64,000 nt of DNA from Podarcis pityusensis (lineage: Eukaryota): NCBI GenBank assembly GCA_964106645.2, contig OZ067038.1; one strand, written 5' to 3'. Under the pieces are notes generated by a model. The model saw only the letters and a list, made by a program, of their open reading frames with translations. It was not told the DNA's origin and searched no databases. Positions 22,406 to 37,048 of this stretch are shown piece after piece. Every line of letters starts with the position of its first letter. Position 1 is the stretch's first letter. A program made the translations under genes and the position numbers.

Positions 22406-25400
22406 TTGGCCATCATGCTGCTTATAAATGTATTAAAACTAACACAAATTAAGGTGGAAGATGGCTGGGTCTCCCTGGTGTTGCATTTGTACTGTGCTCA
22501 GTCACTGTGTAAGCATGATTTAAACACACACACACACACAATTTTATTTTATTTTATTTTATTTTATTTATTTTATTTAAAAAAAAGAGGGAGGGGAGGC
22601 ATGCAATTAGTGGTCCAGCAGAAAAAAAATCTCTGGCACTCATATCCTTGTTTACAAGAAAGAAGCCCAAGTTTGAAATGTAACTCTATTGTTTCTCGTT
22701 CTGACAGGTAAGAAGCAAAGGAGGTTTAAAAACTTGTTTCAAGCATCTCAAAAGAAATGAAAAGGGTTAAAATAAATCCCAGAAATGTTAGGATGAAAGA
22801 TTACAGATACCGAACAATAACCGTCCACAGTAAACTGTTGATCTGGGTATCTGTATTAGGTGGTGTTTGTAGTCTCTTCATGTAGAGTGATGGAAAACAC
22901 AGATTAGGGCAGTGAAAGTTGCACAACAATGTAGTCTGATGCTTTGTTTCCACTTTTCAAAGGCTTTTTTTTTATTTATTTGATAAGGCCCAGGAAATTG
23001 TTAGCGACATGCTGGTGGGAACCTATGGAAAAGAATACGCACTCTATCAATGGCGCAGTTCTTATCCCAAGAGCTGTGTTTGGTGGGTGTGGGAATAGCA
23101 TGCTTTCAGTGTCTGCTGTTGCAAGGAGATAGCATTGAGAGACCAGGCTGGAGAACAGTACAAATTCAGTCTAGGGAACTAGGGGCTTTATCCAGCTGTA
23201 ATGTGTGTACAGACAATGTGGCAGTATATTTGGCCGAACAACAAAGAACTGTAAAAGGATTTGATAGAAAGGGATTGGCAGAAATGCTGGATTGGTGTGC
23301 AGTATAATAACAACCTTTTTAAGGCATTTAAGTGATATACTTATGACCTAAAAAGAGAGTATTTGAAACTATCCATTATCTTTAATAGGTCTCATTATTT
23401 TTCAGTATGTTCATTTGATACAAGATGAGTAGCATTTAATAAAGGCTTTAGCAGGTTCAGTTACTTACATTATAGCTATTGAAAAGTGTAATATATACTA
23501 TGGCAGGAATGGGGCGAAAAAAGGCTTAATAATCAATTAATTTTTATAGGCATGAATTCAATTTGGATTGCTGAGAAGTCAAAGGTGAGCACAAAATTTT
23601 TACGGCATATAATGTATCAGATTAGTCCCCACATAAACCTTCATGTCCCTTTCCTATCAAAAATTCAAAAGTGTGCTTTGTGGCCCTGATAATGGCAGAG
23701 TGTTAAAGCTTTCTCATGAAAGCACTGCTGAATCAGGAGTAGATTAGCGATACATGCAGTTGCGCCGATATCCTGTTCTTTTTTGACACATCTTTTTCTC
23801 AGAAAGGGCCGATTGCTGGGTAAACAGCCGAGACTCTCTTCCTAATTGTATGCAAAGGAGGAGTAACTTTGGGCAAGGTAGAACTGTCTCCCTTACCAAA
23901 CTCTGATGAAAGTTGATTACCTTTTCCAACCAATTTGAAGAAGCCTCAGATATCCAGTTCCACCCAGTGCAATATTGAATCAGTAAGATCCTTATCCTCT
24001 ATCCTCATTGTCACAGACAATTATGTGGCCTAATATAAAACTTTGGAAAGAAAAGGGACTTGGACTTATGGATAGCTCTGGAATGTTTCAGAGAGGAGGC
24101 TTGCCTAGTTACATAAATTCTGGGATATGCAAAGAAAGCTGCATATCAACTTGCATGGTGTTTGGTTTTTTTCTTTTTCATTTGTTTGCTATTTATGTTG
24201 TTTCTGCATTTTAATAGCGACAACAAAAAGGGCATCTTGTTCTGGAGTGGCTTAAGTGAAGCACATTTCCCCCACCATTCAGATTCTAGTCCCTCCCTTC
24301 TGTACCCTGCCTGGCACCCTCTGAAGCAGGTCACTTCATGCTCCTACATGGGAGGACAGGACACAAAGAAATTGCTAGGTTTAAAATCTCATGATGTAAG
24401 TGGCAAGTCCACGTTCTGCAACAGACCCCATGGTTTTCTTTATCTTAAAAAAAAGATGTGCAGAGAATCTTCATGTTTGGGTGATTCTTTGACATCTAAG
24501 TACATATTTAGCTTGGGCAGACACGCTCCTTTTCTTGCATGAGTTCTTTAGCGACCATTTGCCAAGATGGCAAATACACAAAAGAGGATCTGTGATAACT
24601 TGTGAAAGTGTGCCTATAGCAGAGGCTGATGTCACGCAGGCAGCCCTCTAAACATTGAGGGAACCAGCGCCCTTGGCCTGTACAAAGCTAGTTTTGGTGC
24701 TGTTTCTTATTTCAATAATTATTAAGGAAATACAAACATATCATTTTCATCCTACCCCTTACTCAAGGCAGTGCACATGTCCCCCTCTCCTCTTGCAGCA
24801 GCAGCAACCCTTCTGAAGAGATGGGGATTTGCTGAACAGCACCTGCTGAGCTTCATAGCTGAGCAAGAATCTTCCTAACCCAGCTTTCTATATCCACTAG
24901 ATGAGGGCCACATTGGCTCAAATCCAAACCTCTAAGGGCCATATTGAAAGATCTGGCAATGATTGTTTTTTGTTAACACCCTAAAAAAGGTAAGAAAAAG
25001 TGCAATTGCTCTTCAATAGCTGTAAGAGAACAGAATGGAGAGTTATAAAAAGCAAATTAATGCACTCAAGATGTCTTACCTGTAATTATACCACAAAATG
25101 AAATCACCGGAATATTGACTGTCCTCATGCTAAACACCATGTTTAATTATAAAATATCACGTGCAGACACTATTTTCAGCATTTGGAACATTTATATGGA
25201 GTGCTAAAAATCTCCTGTTCATGGCTGTTTATCTTCAGGCACTGGAGAGTTAAATAAAAAATATTAAAATTGTGCTGAGGGAAAGGGGCGAGTGGGAAGA
25301 GGCTTCCTTATAACATATTTTCATTTATTTCAGTGTGTAATCTTTCCCCCCCCCTCTTTTCTTTTTTTAAGTGGATACACTTCAAAGATAATGTGAAATT

Positions 25401-25984
25401 GGAATTATGAATATCCCTGCTTTGTAGTAAATGCATTGCAAGCTTCTTAAATAATTAAATTATGTGAGTTCTGAAAATGGAGTGTAATTAGTCATTAAGG
25501 AGCAAACTCTATTGCTGTGCTGGGCCACTACTGTGCTCTGTGAAGAATATCTTAGAGCTTGAGAATATTATTACAGGATAGTTTCAAATACCAATGGAGC
25601 AAAATCAACTATTGTCTACATCATGATGAGAAAAACTAAGCTGTGTTTCAACCCAAATATATTAAACAGCAGTTTAATAAATGATTGTACATCACAGCCT
25701 TTGATTCTCTTGCTTCTCTCACAAATTGGAAACAAGGCCTGAGCCAGACCAACACTGGGGGCTGTCATGGGCAGTCTCTTAATTTGCAGAAGGCAGCAGT
25801 CGCTGAGGACAACAGTGATAGTGAGCAGGTTTCAGTTGGGGTGAGTAAAGAGAGTTCCAGAAGGCGAAAGGGTCACAATAAGGTTCAAAGGCCTGCTTGA
25901 AAATTAAATTGCAAGAGGCAGACTCTTCCAGCAGCATTCCTTATGGTTATTTTTTAAATACCTCACAGGAACCAGAGGTAAAGG

Positions 25985-26301
25985 CAGTGGCGTAGCATGG
26001 GGGACACAAGGGCAGTTGCCCCAGGCGCAAAATTGTTAGAGGACGCAAAATTTCAACACGCAGTGCAGCCTCAATACAACTGTGCACTTCTGTCGCTGGG
26101 CTCCATTGAAAACTTCCATGCCAAGCAGGAAATGACCTCTCCAGACAACAGAACAACTCTTCTTTTCCTATTTCTGTGGCTGCAATCTCCTGGGTGCCGT
26201 GGACGCTGTTAGGCCATTGAATGAGCATGCGTACTCCATTTCCCTCCCTCCCTCCTTCCTCCGTGCAGCCCTGGGCGCTGGCAACCCACACTAAGCCACT
26301 G
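25985..26301. mobile_element. hAT-type MITE
   Basis: TIRs CAGTGGCGTAGCATGGG / CCCACACTAAGCCACTG; 8-bp TSD GGTAAAGG/GTTAAAGG. Confidence 0.85.
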
Positions 26302-26665
26302 GTTAAAGGTATTCCTCGGTTGGGGGTAGGGGTGTAAAAATCACATGTGTTTTGAAACATTGGGAGAGAACCACCACCCTTTTCCTCTGCTCAGCAATGG
26401 AGCTCTGCCTGAAGGGACATTGTAAGAATGGCAAGGGGGAGGTGAGTGTGGTTGTTATTTATTTGAGGGAGGGGTTTTTTATTCGCCAGTTGCCATAAGG
26501 TTCTGGGGCAGGTTACAACAATTTAATTATATATTTATAAGAACAGGCAAAGTAAGTAAACCTGTCCCACCAAAATAGATTCCACCAAAGGAGTGGGTCC
26601 CACGAAACAAAATACCTCAACTGTCAAGAGATAAGTCTCCAGCATACAGCAGAAGGTGCTAGATG

Positions 26666-26850
26666 CACTGACGGAGGAAGAAGAGTGCGGGGGGAGCATA
26701 CCGCCCCCGGCAGCGCAATCCCAGTGGGGTGCCATTGCGGCTGCCCCCCGCCCATGCTGGGCGCCACACCATCACGCCCCCATAGATGGAGAACCACGCT
26801 CCCGCCTGCTCTCTGCCCCCCTGGTGCTGAAGCGTGAAGCTCCTCCACTG
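26666..26850. mobile_element. GC-rich hAT-type MITE
   Basis: Termini CACTGACGGAG / CTCCTCCACTG; 8-bp TSD GCTAGATG/ACTAGATG. Confidence 0.8.
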
Positions 26851-28625
26851 ACTAGATGTCCCTCAGAGGGACTTTCACAATTCATGGACAGCCTCAGATA
26901 AACTCCTCTCCAACCCCACTTTCCACACGCACCTGAAGGTGATGACACTTGTAAGAAGGGAGCTCCCTTTGCAGATCTTAACAACTGAGAAGGTCTTTAG
27001 TGATGGACATAGTTGAGGCTTTCAGATATTTGAGGCTTCAGCCAGGTCTTTCATTTATTAGGGGAAGAAGGAAGTCAAGATGTGCTGGCATAAAAATGTA
27101 AAAGAAAATTTAAAAAGTTGGACTTGGCATCAAAACTAAGAAATAGGAGTTTGTATTGACATGCAAGTCCTGGTCCAAAGTGCCAAGCGCTCAGCAACAC
27201 ATACACAGAGCTACTGTGGACAAAAACCAGTAAGATTTATAGGCACTGGCATGTGGCTATAAAATGGCATGTTAAATAATGAAAGGCATAGAGAGAGTCA
27301 GTCTAGCATTCTTGTTTTCCCTTTTGTTTTACTACTTAAGTACCAGAGAGCTGACCAATGGAATAGTCAAGTAACAAATAAAACATAATAGGAAAAGTAA
27401 TTTTACACTGTGCATAATTATCAATTTGGAGTCCGGAATGGGAAGGGGCCACCATGGCTGGATTATTTGTCTCTATGGGACTTTATATGGACTTATCATT
27501 GAAACAATAACCACAACTGCATAAATAATAAAAGGATGTGCCACATGCTACGGGGAATGCGACCTAATTGTTAAAAAGCTGCCTTGCAAAATCGAATGCT
27601 TAAAAGCTTTCCTTTGCAAACACTGTTCCTGCTTCCTGTGGGTTGCTCTTGTGCCTCAGTTTGACCTTCTGCCAAATGGGGACAGGAACATTTGTTGTAC
27701 ACCAAAAGTATGTGCCACAGTTTAACTATGGATACGAACAAAATGCTGGTCGTGGGCCCTGTACGGAACATGTCAGCAGCAAAGGGCAAATACACTGGTG
27801 GTGCTGGCCTTACGCCAATTTGAGGAAATGCATGGTGTTCATTACCAAATCCTTCTTTAGGTTCCTCCAAGTTAAGTGAATGTGCATGGGAGTCAGCAGA
27901 GACAAGAACACTCACTCTGCCCACTGGTTCTGCTCCCTGCACCCCCCACAAGTTCCTGAATCTCCATACCCTTTAGAACTCTGATTTTCCAGAGGGAGAC
28001 TCCATGAGTAGAGAAGACTCCCCATTTTGAGAAAAAGGACCACTCCCACCCCTTTAAAGATCAGGCTAAGCTTATAAATGGCAACTGCATGGCTCCAGGC
28101 ATTGAAACACTACCTCAGACCTTGTATCATGAAGAGCTTGACTTGAAAGGTAATATTTGGAAATGTTCTTGAGTCAATTTCTCCTGAAGGACTGATTCGT
28201 GAATTGAATTAGAGGAAGATTTGCTGTGGCTTTTCTCCTTTTGCTGCATTACTTTAAAGAATACGCAAAACATTCATATGGGTGACGCTTAAAAGTTGCT
28301 CTGAGCACAATAAATATGTTTAACTAATTAGTGTTTGCAAAGTTCTTCTGGTTATTTGATAAGAGGCACTATAGATGTGCAAAAGCACAATTATTCAATC
28401 ATTTATTAATGACTGCTCGCAATATAAAAAACACAACTTAAGTACTATTTCAAAAAAACAGGAAAAATTTAGCTTTCTGATATTTGCAAGCACATTGTAA
28501 GAAGACCTTTTTGTTGTTTAAATTTATATTAGAACTGGTAGCAAAAACACATATGGTTACTTCTACTGTTGAAGAGATGCTGCGCGTTGATCATCCTTTA
28601 GTGCATTTTGAATGATAGTTGGTCT

Positions 28626-28789
28626 NNNNNNNNNNNNNNNNNNNNNNNNNNNNNNNNNNNNNNNNNNNNNNNNNNNNNNNNNNNNNNNNNNNNNNNNNNN
28701 NNNNNNNNNNNNNNNNNNNNNNNNNNNNNNNNNNNNNNNNNNNNNNNNNNNNNNNNNNNNNNNNNNNNNNNNNNNNNNNNNNNNNNNNN
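28626..28789. other. Assembly gap (164 N)
   Basis: Run of N. Confidence 1.
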
Positions 28790-29188
28790 AACTGAAATAA
28801 AAAATATATCAATAGTATTTCTTTCCTATCAAAGTAGGACACACAATATGTGGAATGGACTTCTGGTGTGGGGGAGGAGGAAGGAAGGTATCGCTGAACA
28901 GGAAGAATAGAATTACTGTATTCCAATTTGTTGAAAGGGAGGACGGAGAAGGAGGAAGAAGAAAAAGAGAACAATAGCACATGGTGCCAATGTATGATAG
29001 CTAACGCATGCTATTGTTTGTGGAGATGTTTGTTATTTTAAACCTCAGCCTGCTATCAAATTAAATCAGCAAAATATTTAGATGTCTATTTCAAATGGAC
29101 TTCAGTTTAATTCACTCTTCTCTGCCTCAGGCTCTCTTGCCCACAATTCCTCTGCCCTCACCAACAAGGTACAAGGTCTTTCCTTGGG

Positions 29189-29366
29189 TAGGAATATAGA
29201 GAGCCAGACTATTGGTCCATCTAGTTCAGTGGTGTCTGCACTAATGGGGCAGGGGCTCTACAGGGTTTCAGATAGGGAACATTCCCTGCCCTGCCTGGTG
29301 ATACTGGAGACTGAAGCTAGAACCTTTCGCATGCAAAACAGCCACTGTACCACTGAGCCAGGGCCC
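29189..29366 (-). mobile_element. Old tRNA-derived SINE, Squam2-like
   Basis: Reverse complement reads GGGCCCTGGCTCAGTGGTACAG...TTTGCATGCGAAAGGTTCTAGCTTCAGTCTCCAG...CTAGATGGACCAATAGTCTG. Confidence 0.7.
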
Positions 29367-30015
29367 TTCACTCATTTCTTCTTTTCTGAAAATTAGAAGG
29401 CAACAAGGAAGACATACAAGAATGATTTCCACCCCTCCTGGCTTTCTCCAAGGAAGCCCAGACTGGTGTACCATTGTCCCCTCTTCTATCCCCACAACAG
29501 ATTCAGCTGCAAGATACGCTTCATGGCTGAATGGAGAACGGAGCCCGATCTCCCCAGTGCAAGACTAACACTCTCCCATGGAGAGCCAGCATGATTTCTA
29601 GCTTAGCCTTCTCCAGTCATGCTTTATTCTGAAAATGTAGATGAGCTCTGATATGCAAAGGCCTCTGGGGATAGGGTTGTCCGCCTGGGGTGTGCCATGC
29701 TAGCTACTGGGATCTTCAGCCTCAACATTAATTAGTAGTCCAAGATGTCTGCTATATATATGCAGGGGTGAGGAATATTAAAACTAGGGGCAAAATGTGG
29801 TCCTGCAGTGCTCGCTATCTGGCCCCCAGGACTCTCCCTAGGTCACACTCTCTTCTCCATTCCACACTGGCCCTGCTTCTAACCACCTCAAGTTATTTTG
29901 CCTTGCTGGAATGACTTTTTGAAGTATGATAGGGCTTCTTGATTAACTGGCTGGGGGTGGGGCAGGTACAGCATTTCCCAACTTTTGCCTACTGCACAAA
30001 GTTAAGTCTCGCACC

Positions 30016-30450
30016 CAGTGCCGGATTTACGTATAAGCTAAACAAGCTATAGCTTAGGGCCCCACTCTCTTGGGGGTCCCAAAAAAATTTAAAGGGAAAA
30101 AAAACTGGATATATTTCCAAAATATAAGATAAAAAAACAAATAACATAAAACCTACATACAGTTAGAGCTTAATAATTATTTCACTATTAATATACTTCT
30201 TCTTCATTGTATTTAACTATTAATAAACTTCTTCTTAATTGTATTTCAGTTCAACAATTACTTTGATAAAATACATATTTTGTTATGTGCAAATGGCTTT
30301 AGATACCTATTAGGTCCATAAATTACCATATAGCATATATTCAACACAAAAAACAGCGACAATTTGTTGTTGACAAAGGACAGCTGGACATATAAAGGAC
30401 GCCATTACCTTCAGTAGCTTAGGGCCTCATCACACCTAATTCTGGCCCTG
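30016..30450. mobile_element. hAT-type MITE with AT-rich core, nested in an older MITE (about 29764-30530)
   Basis: TIRs CAGTGCCGGATTTA / TAATTCTGGCCCTG; 8-bp TSD CTCGCACC/CTCACACC (one CpG transition). Confidence 0.88.
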
Positions 30451-32504
30451 CTCACACCTGCTACCCTGCCCAATTTTGACTCTGGCCCCAACTGCCACGG
30501 GCATGAGGCCTCTGAGGGATTGAACTCCCTCCATTTAGAAAGGAGGGAGAAAAAGGGGGCGTTCGTGCTGGAGCTATGCTTTCTGCTCTTAACCTCTCTG
30601 CCTGGCTGGTTTTTAAGTGGGTTGGCCAATGCCAACAGCTACCATATTGTGAACAAGTGCCTGGGAAATAAGAATTGTTTACATCTGTAGGGAAAAGAGG
30701 CAGCCCTGTGACCATGCTTATGGTACATGGAGATATAGCTCTGCAGATAAGACACGCCATGTAAGGAGAAAGAGTAGTCTTGCCATCTCTCTCCACCCAC
30801 TGTTGTTCCCCCCATACAAAGTAACTATGGTAACCTTGCCAGCTTTCCCTTAGGCCTCTTCATGCTGTTACTGAATACTAGTTCATGGTCTGGTGTGTAT
30901 TATGGAGGCATGGGTGGGTGATATGGAAGGAGCACCAGCTCAAGGCCTGTCTCCATGCTTCCTGGCTAGCAGACTACCAGTTTTGAGTTATTGTGCCTGG
31001 TCAAATGGAACAGATCAGTGGTCTCCTAAAACATAGTTATCCCTTCACATATTATGGTTTTCCTGCATGGAGTTAATGTTCACATAGAGAAGAAAAGCCG
31101 CAAACTTTTACTTAAGAAGGTCAGCACAAGTGTTGATTTTACTCTGGGAAGCTGAGTTGAGAAGCATACATGTGGGAGATTCATCCTATGGGGGAGATTA
31201 TCTCTCATTTGGAAAACCATGTGAATGCCATATGTGATTTGGCTTTTACTGCCTACATTAAATAGAACTTTCTCCTCATTCTTATTCCATTGAGTTGGCA
31301 TCTCAACAAAATAATGCCTTCTTTACAAAGGTGCATGGCACACTGACAGTGCATCAAAGCTACTTTGGTATGAATCAAACCAGAGGTGGGAGTACTGTGA
31401 TTGGCTAGTCCCTTTATCAAAGGCATCCATCAATACCCTTGGGCATTTCTCCGGATCAAAGGGCCTTGTGTTCATAAATTTGGTTTACTGGCAGTTCCTC
31501 TGTTCAGATTATGAATTGTCACTCTTGCTGCTACTGCTTCAGGTCAAAGATGACACAGAATCATAATAGTCAAAAGTTTTTGTGATAGTAACATCAGAAG
31601 GAGATCGCTGAAGTTTCAAACAATGTCCCTCAAATCCCCCAGAGCAAAACATGAAAATGTGATTTAGGAATACCCGAGGCAAATTCAGAAGTTGAGGGGG
31701 AAGCAGCTCTCACTATTGGCTTGAAAGTTAAAGTATTCCCCCCCTAACATTATTACTTTGTTCTGACAGAATTATTCACTCTCAGGTGTTGTTGTGGGGT
31801 TTTTTTTTTTCCATTTGTAATGCCCTCTGATAGCTATCAAAAAGGAGACAAACTCAGGAACTCTTCACAGTTTGGTCTAGGCATTAACACCTGAGCAAGA
31901 TTTCTTACTGGGTTAATTTATGTGTCATCTCCTTTTACATATATGTGTGTTGTTGCTGTTTTTTAGAAACAAATAAAAAGAAGCCAATCTAATACCTTTC
32001 ACGGAATTACAGGTCTTCATGTGTAAAATGGGAGTGATATTGATTAAAACAGGAGAAATATTGATCTTTCTTTGTACAGTAGTTATTGTTTGGGATACTA
32101 AAGCCAAGACTGAAAATAGGGCAAGTTAACGTTAGAAATGAGTCTGTAGTTAGTTTTTCACTCCTGGTATAATAGGGTGAAATGCATGCAGATTGAGTAA
32201 GGCTGGGGACACTCTAAATCTTCAAAGCACATTGGAAGCAAACTACAGTGCCCAGAATTCTTTGAAGGTGTGTGTGCTTCAAATGTTCTTTATGTGCACA
32301 GTCTCAGAGCAAAATCAGAGTAAATAAACTCTGGCAGTTTTGTGGGAGATACTGATGATTTGGGGATACTGGAGTTGGTGGCAATACTGTGCCTTATTCA
32401 TGTCCCCTGCCCTTTAGAAAGTGTGTTCCATACCTGGTGTACTAAAATAAAGTAAAATTTGAGTAGTCAAGTCCTGAGGTGTCACCTTTAGACAGAATTT
32501 ATCT

Positions 32505-33507
32505 AAGATGTTAACAACATGGTTACAATATCATAATCTGTATGAAGTATTTGAAAAGGATATGAAGCGGGAGTTTAGGGAACAAACATCACAACTAGAA
32601 AGAGACCTGTTAAACTGTAATGTTAAAGTAATATCTAACATGTATATGTTATTGGAATGGGAGACAAAGGACAAACAAGAGAAATATTCAGTGATACACT
32701 GGGCAATAGATATTGGTGATAATATAGAAATGGATGCATGGGAACATTTATGAAATGTGGATATAAAATTCACAGCATGCAATACTTTAAGAGAAAACTA
32801 TATGAAAATGTTATATAGATGGTACCTAACACCTAGTAGATTGGTAAAAATGTATAAATCCAAATTGAATATGTGCTGGAAATATAAAGAGAAAGAAGGT
32901 ACCTTTTCATATGTGGTAGTCTTGTAATAAGGTTAAATCTTACTGGGAAATGATACATAAGGAACTGAAAAAGATGTTTAAGATAACATTTATTTAAAAA
33001 CCAGAAGCCTTTCTTTGGGGAATTATGGGATCAGAACTACCTAAACAGTATAGAAATTTATTTATGTATACAACCACAGCTGCAAGAATGTTATTTGCCC
33101 CCAAAAATGGAAGGAATAATAGATCCCAACGAGAGAAGAATGGATACAGAAGTTAATGGACTACACAGAAATGGGGATACTTACCAGGAGAATAAGAAAT
33201 CAAGATAACTTTTTTTTTTTTTAGAAAGGAGTGTAAATGGTCTATTGTGTATTTACAAACAAACTGCAAACAGATGAAGACATTGACAGGATTAATGTAA
33301 AAATCTGCAGTTTCAAAATATATATGGGATATATATGGGAATAAATATATAAAATAATATGTTGAGATAATTTGGAGTATGCAGGAAGATTAAAAGAAAT
33401 GTAAAGAACCACAGAAAGAGGGGGGAGGGAGTCAGGGTTTGAAATGTTAAAATTATGATCAAATAATTGTTGTTATATATATATAAATGAAATTATAAAT
33501 AAAAAAG
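32505..33507 (+). mobile_element. Decayed 5'-truncated L1-clade LINE (ORF2 C-terminus + 3' UTR)
   Basis: WLQYHNLYEVF...ISNMYMLLEW...WAIDIGDNI...W*..KFTACNTLRENYMKMLYRWYLTPSRLVKMYK aligns with the C-terminus of the ORF at 1-2958; has stops and frameshifts; ends AATAAAAAA. Confidence 0.92.
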
Positions 33508-33949
33508 AGATGCAAAAGCAGTGGTAATACCAGGGGAAAATGGGGCATTGAAGGGGCAAACTATATTTGTAGGTGAGCAAATTGTGCCCCACATATTAAG
33601 ATCTCTGAAGCAAAATATTTGTTAATGGCAGAGTCCAGCAATGAGGGCAAAGCTTTTTGTTTAGGAGAAGCCCCGCCCCCAACGCTGGTGTTACCTGTGA
33701 CTCGAGGTAGTCAAGCTCTCTGCAGACGCCTACTTGCAGACAGGACCCTTCCAGACCCCCACTTACTAGGTAAGTGGAAAGAAGGCAGCAGGGCCTTACA
33801 CTGGGAAGATTTGAGAGAAATAAGTGAGAAGTGAATACCACAGGATAGAGTATGGGCGCTTCTGAGGGGGAAAGGGAGGCATGGAATACCAATGGTGGTC
33901 CTGAGGATGTTATGGAGGTGTGACAGGATTCACATATTGAAATTAGTTT

Positions 33950-34270
33950 GGAGAACAAGAAAACGCCTTTCAGTTGTGGCATCACAGGTATGGAATATTG
34001 TTCCCATGAGAGCCACCTGGCACCAAAACCAGTGCCAGGTTAAATCTTTATTCACATGCATTTTGATGGTTTTGATGTTTTGATTCCTTAGGATTTTTTT
34101 GTTGATCTGTTTGTTGTGTTGATTTTGAGAATTTTTATGGGGCTGGGTGGTTTTAATATTGTATGGGAAAACTGCCATTTTATTGTTTTTAGAAAGTTGT
34201 ATAATTTGTATGTTTATGTAAGTCACCTTGAATCTTCCTGAGAAAGTTGACTAAACAATTTAGTTAAATA
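33950..34270 (+). mobile_element. Decayed L2 3' end
   Basis: CGCCTTTCAGTTGTGGCATCACAGGTATGGAAT and tail GTAAGTCACCTTGAATC...GAAAGTTGACTAAACAAT. Confidence 0.55.
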
Positions 34271-36458
34271 ATCACAATATATTTTCCAATTTTTTAAGGA
34301 AATGTTTCATTTCTTGAAATATATTTGCCAAAATATCACTTTCCTGAGCCCATTTCCTAACTGAGATGGCATGAATTCTCCCATGTCTAATGAAAGAGAG
34401 CAAGCAACCAGAGGAAGAAGATACTACTAATATGATATTGATATAGATATAGATATATTAGATAAATATATATAATCAGATATATTTTTCTTTAGCAGGG
34501 TTGACTTTAGAAGAGCAAATGCTGACTTTAAAATAAAAAGCCCACCTTTACAAAGTAATACTGTGAAGAACAGAAATCATAAACTGGGTTTTAAAATACC
34601 CATTTGTGGCATGCCGTTGTAAGGAAAGCAAACAAATAAAGAATTCTTGAAGAGATCTGCCGTTGGTGTTTGAAGGTCTGTGGCAGCATCTGAAAGACAA
34701 AAAGGGAAATAATTGATTAGTGGGTTTTGTTTGATCTGTTCAGGGATCAAAGGGACAAATACTGTCTGCAAGGATGAAAGAAAGGGAAACTGCTCCCTGT
34801 ACTGATTCAGTTATCTGCTTAATCATACACTCTTTATTGTGCATTAGAGAGTTGCTGCTACCTGACCCTGCCTCAAACTTTGAAGCAACAACTGCAGGGC
34901 CTAAGCACTTCCTGCTGTTGCTCAATAATCTCACGTTGAGGAGTATTGTTGTTATGCAGATCTATAAGAGTGAGATGCTTATTTTCCAGAACGTGGAATT
35001 TCATTGCCAGCCTATTACGTAGCTGGGAGTAATAGGTTCTCAGCTTGTGAATGAGGGCTGCTTTGCCCTCATCTTCCCAATCCCAGGTGCTGAGAGTTAT
35101 TTGGAGACCCCTCACGGAGCTTACAGTTCCCAGCACCCTTAACAAACTACAGTTCTCAATATGCTTCAGGGGAAGCCATGACTGTTAAAGTGGCACAAGC
35201 GTATGGTGTGTTTTTGATCTAGAACTAATAGCCTTGAGTTATGGAAGTGCTGGTTTTGGGTGAACATAAGCAGAAATGTCTTGATGGTAAGAGCAGCTTG
35301 GCAATGGAACCAATTACAGAGAGAGTGGTCCCCCCCCCCCATTGGAGTTCTTCCATTATCTGCAAAAAGGAAACATGCACATTGGATCTGGTAGCGTTAT
35401 TGGTCATATTATTTCAGCTCTGCTTTAGAATCATATGCCTCATGTGCTTTGCCATCCCTTCTACTACATCGCTCCTTTGCATTCCATTCTTCTTTCCCAG
35501 AGTCTGGACAGTTTCGTTTTTTCTGACATAATGAAGGGAAAGCACTGTTAAGAATTAAATTGGCCAGGCTCATGACAGGCTCATGACAAAGCATCCAGTG
35601 GGTTTGTCTTTCTCTGTCTGTTTATAATCATGCATGCCTCCTCTTGCACTTATAGTTGCAGAGTCAAGGGTTGTGAGACTTAAGGAAACAATACTAACTA
35701 AGTTATGAGAGTATTGGCTGGTGACAACAAGGTCACATGGGACCCTGTGAGGCTGGATCCACAGGATGTCACAGTCTCAGGCTGCCAAGAGTGGTTAGGG
35801 TTAGAAGTCAATCCTGCTTAATTGAGCTCTCACCAGCCTTCTCTACAACATAAAAGTGAAACCCAGACACTCTTCTTTGCCCGCAGATGGCAGAGAAAAG
35901 GCTGAGAGACATATGAGCACTACTAATAACCTTAAGCATCAAGTGGCCTGTTTTTGTTATTTGTTTGCTGCTCTCTAGAAATCAGTTGTAAATGCATTTT
36001 CCTAAATGTCTTTATTTATAATAGCCTGGATTGAATCCAAGGATGATCTTCTAGATGCCATCCATTCAAAGAATGGCTGTTTTCTGCCATACACTACTAC
36101 AGTGTGGAATGAGAAAAATAAGACCAGCCCTTCAATCCTGTGGTCCCTGGGAGGGCATCCTAGGGGGCAAAGGATGTTTCAGATCTCCCCCTCCAAGGGT
36201 GGTTTGACCTCAGAGATCCGATTCACAAGGCCTTTCCGCACAACTGAAGAAACCTCTGCAGCCCTTGCCTTAGTGACATCAAAACATCAACATTGTTGGA
36301 AGTTGAAAGAGGTGTGTGCTGGTGTTAGGCTTAATTTTGTGCCAACGTGCTTCAGCAATAAGCTAAATTAGCAACAAGCTTATGTAGGCATAGAAAATCA
36401 TATATAAATATCATAGGGGCTTCTCTGGTACTATTTTAAGCATTAAACCTCTGTACAG

Positions 36459-36817
36459 GGGACGCGGGTGGCGCTGTGGGTAAAACCTCAGCGCCTAGGA
36501 CTTGCCGATCGTATGGTCGGCGGTTCGAATCCCCGCGGCGGGGTGCGCTCCCGTCGTTCGGTCCCAGCGCCTGCCAACCTAGCAGTTCGAAAGCACCCCC
36601 GGGTGCAAGTAGATAAATAGGGACCGCTTACCAGCGGGAAGGTAAATGGCGTTCCGTGTGCTGCGCTGGCTCGCCAGATGCAGCTTGTCACACTGGCCAC
36701 ATGACCCGGAAGTGTCTGCGGACAGCGCTGGCTCCTGGCCTCTAGAGTGAGATGAGCGCACAAGCCTAGAGTTTGTCAAGACTGGCCCGTACAGGCAGGG
36801 GTACCTTTACCTTTACT
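36459..36817 (+). mobile_element. Full-length, CpG-rich (young) Sauria SINE
   Basis: GGGACGCGGGTGGCGCTGTGG head (A box), GGTTCGAATCC B box, (ACCTTT)n tail; flanked by TACAG on both sides. Confidence 0.95.
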
Positions 36818-36819
36818 TA

Positions 36820-37048
36820 CAGCGGTACCTTGGGTTACAAACGCTTCATGTTACAGACTCCGCTAACCCAGAAATAGTACCTCAGGTTAAGAACTTTGCT
36901 TCAGAATGAGAACAGAAATTGCGCGGCGGCAGTGGCGCAGCAGCAGTGGGAGGCCCCATTAGCTAAAGTGGTACCTCAGGTTAAGAACAGTTTCAGGTTA
37001 AGTACGGACCTCTGGAACGAATTGAGTTCTTAACCAGATGTACCACTG
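36820..37048. mobile_element. Tc1/mariner MITE, copy 2 (opposite orientation to copy 1)
   Basis: TA-CAGCGGTACCT...GTACCACTG-TA; internal sequence is the reverse complement of 16385-16610. Confidence 0.92.

Noticed and set aside
28591-28980. ORFs spanning the N run
   Set aside because: Artefacts of the assembly gap.
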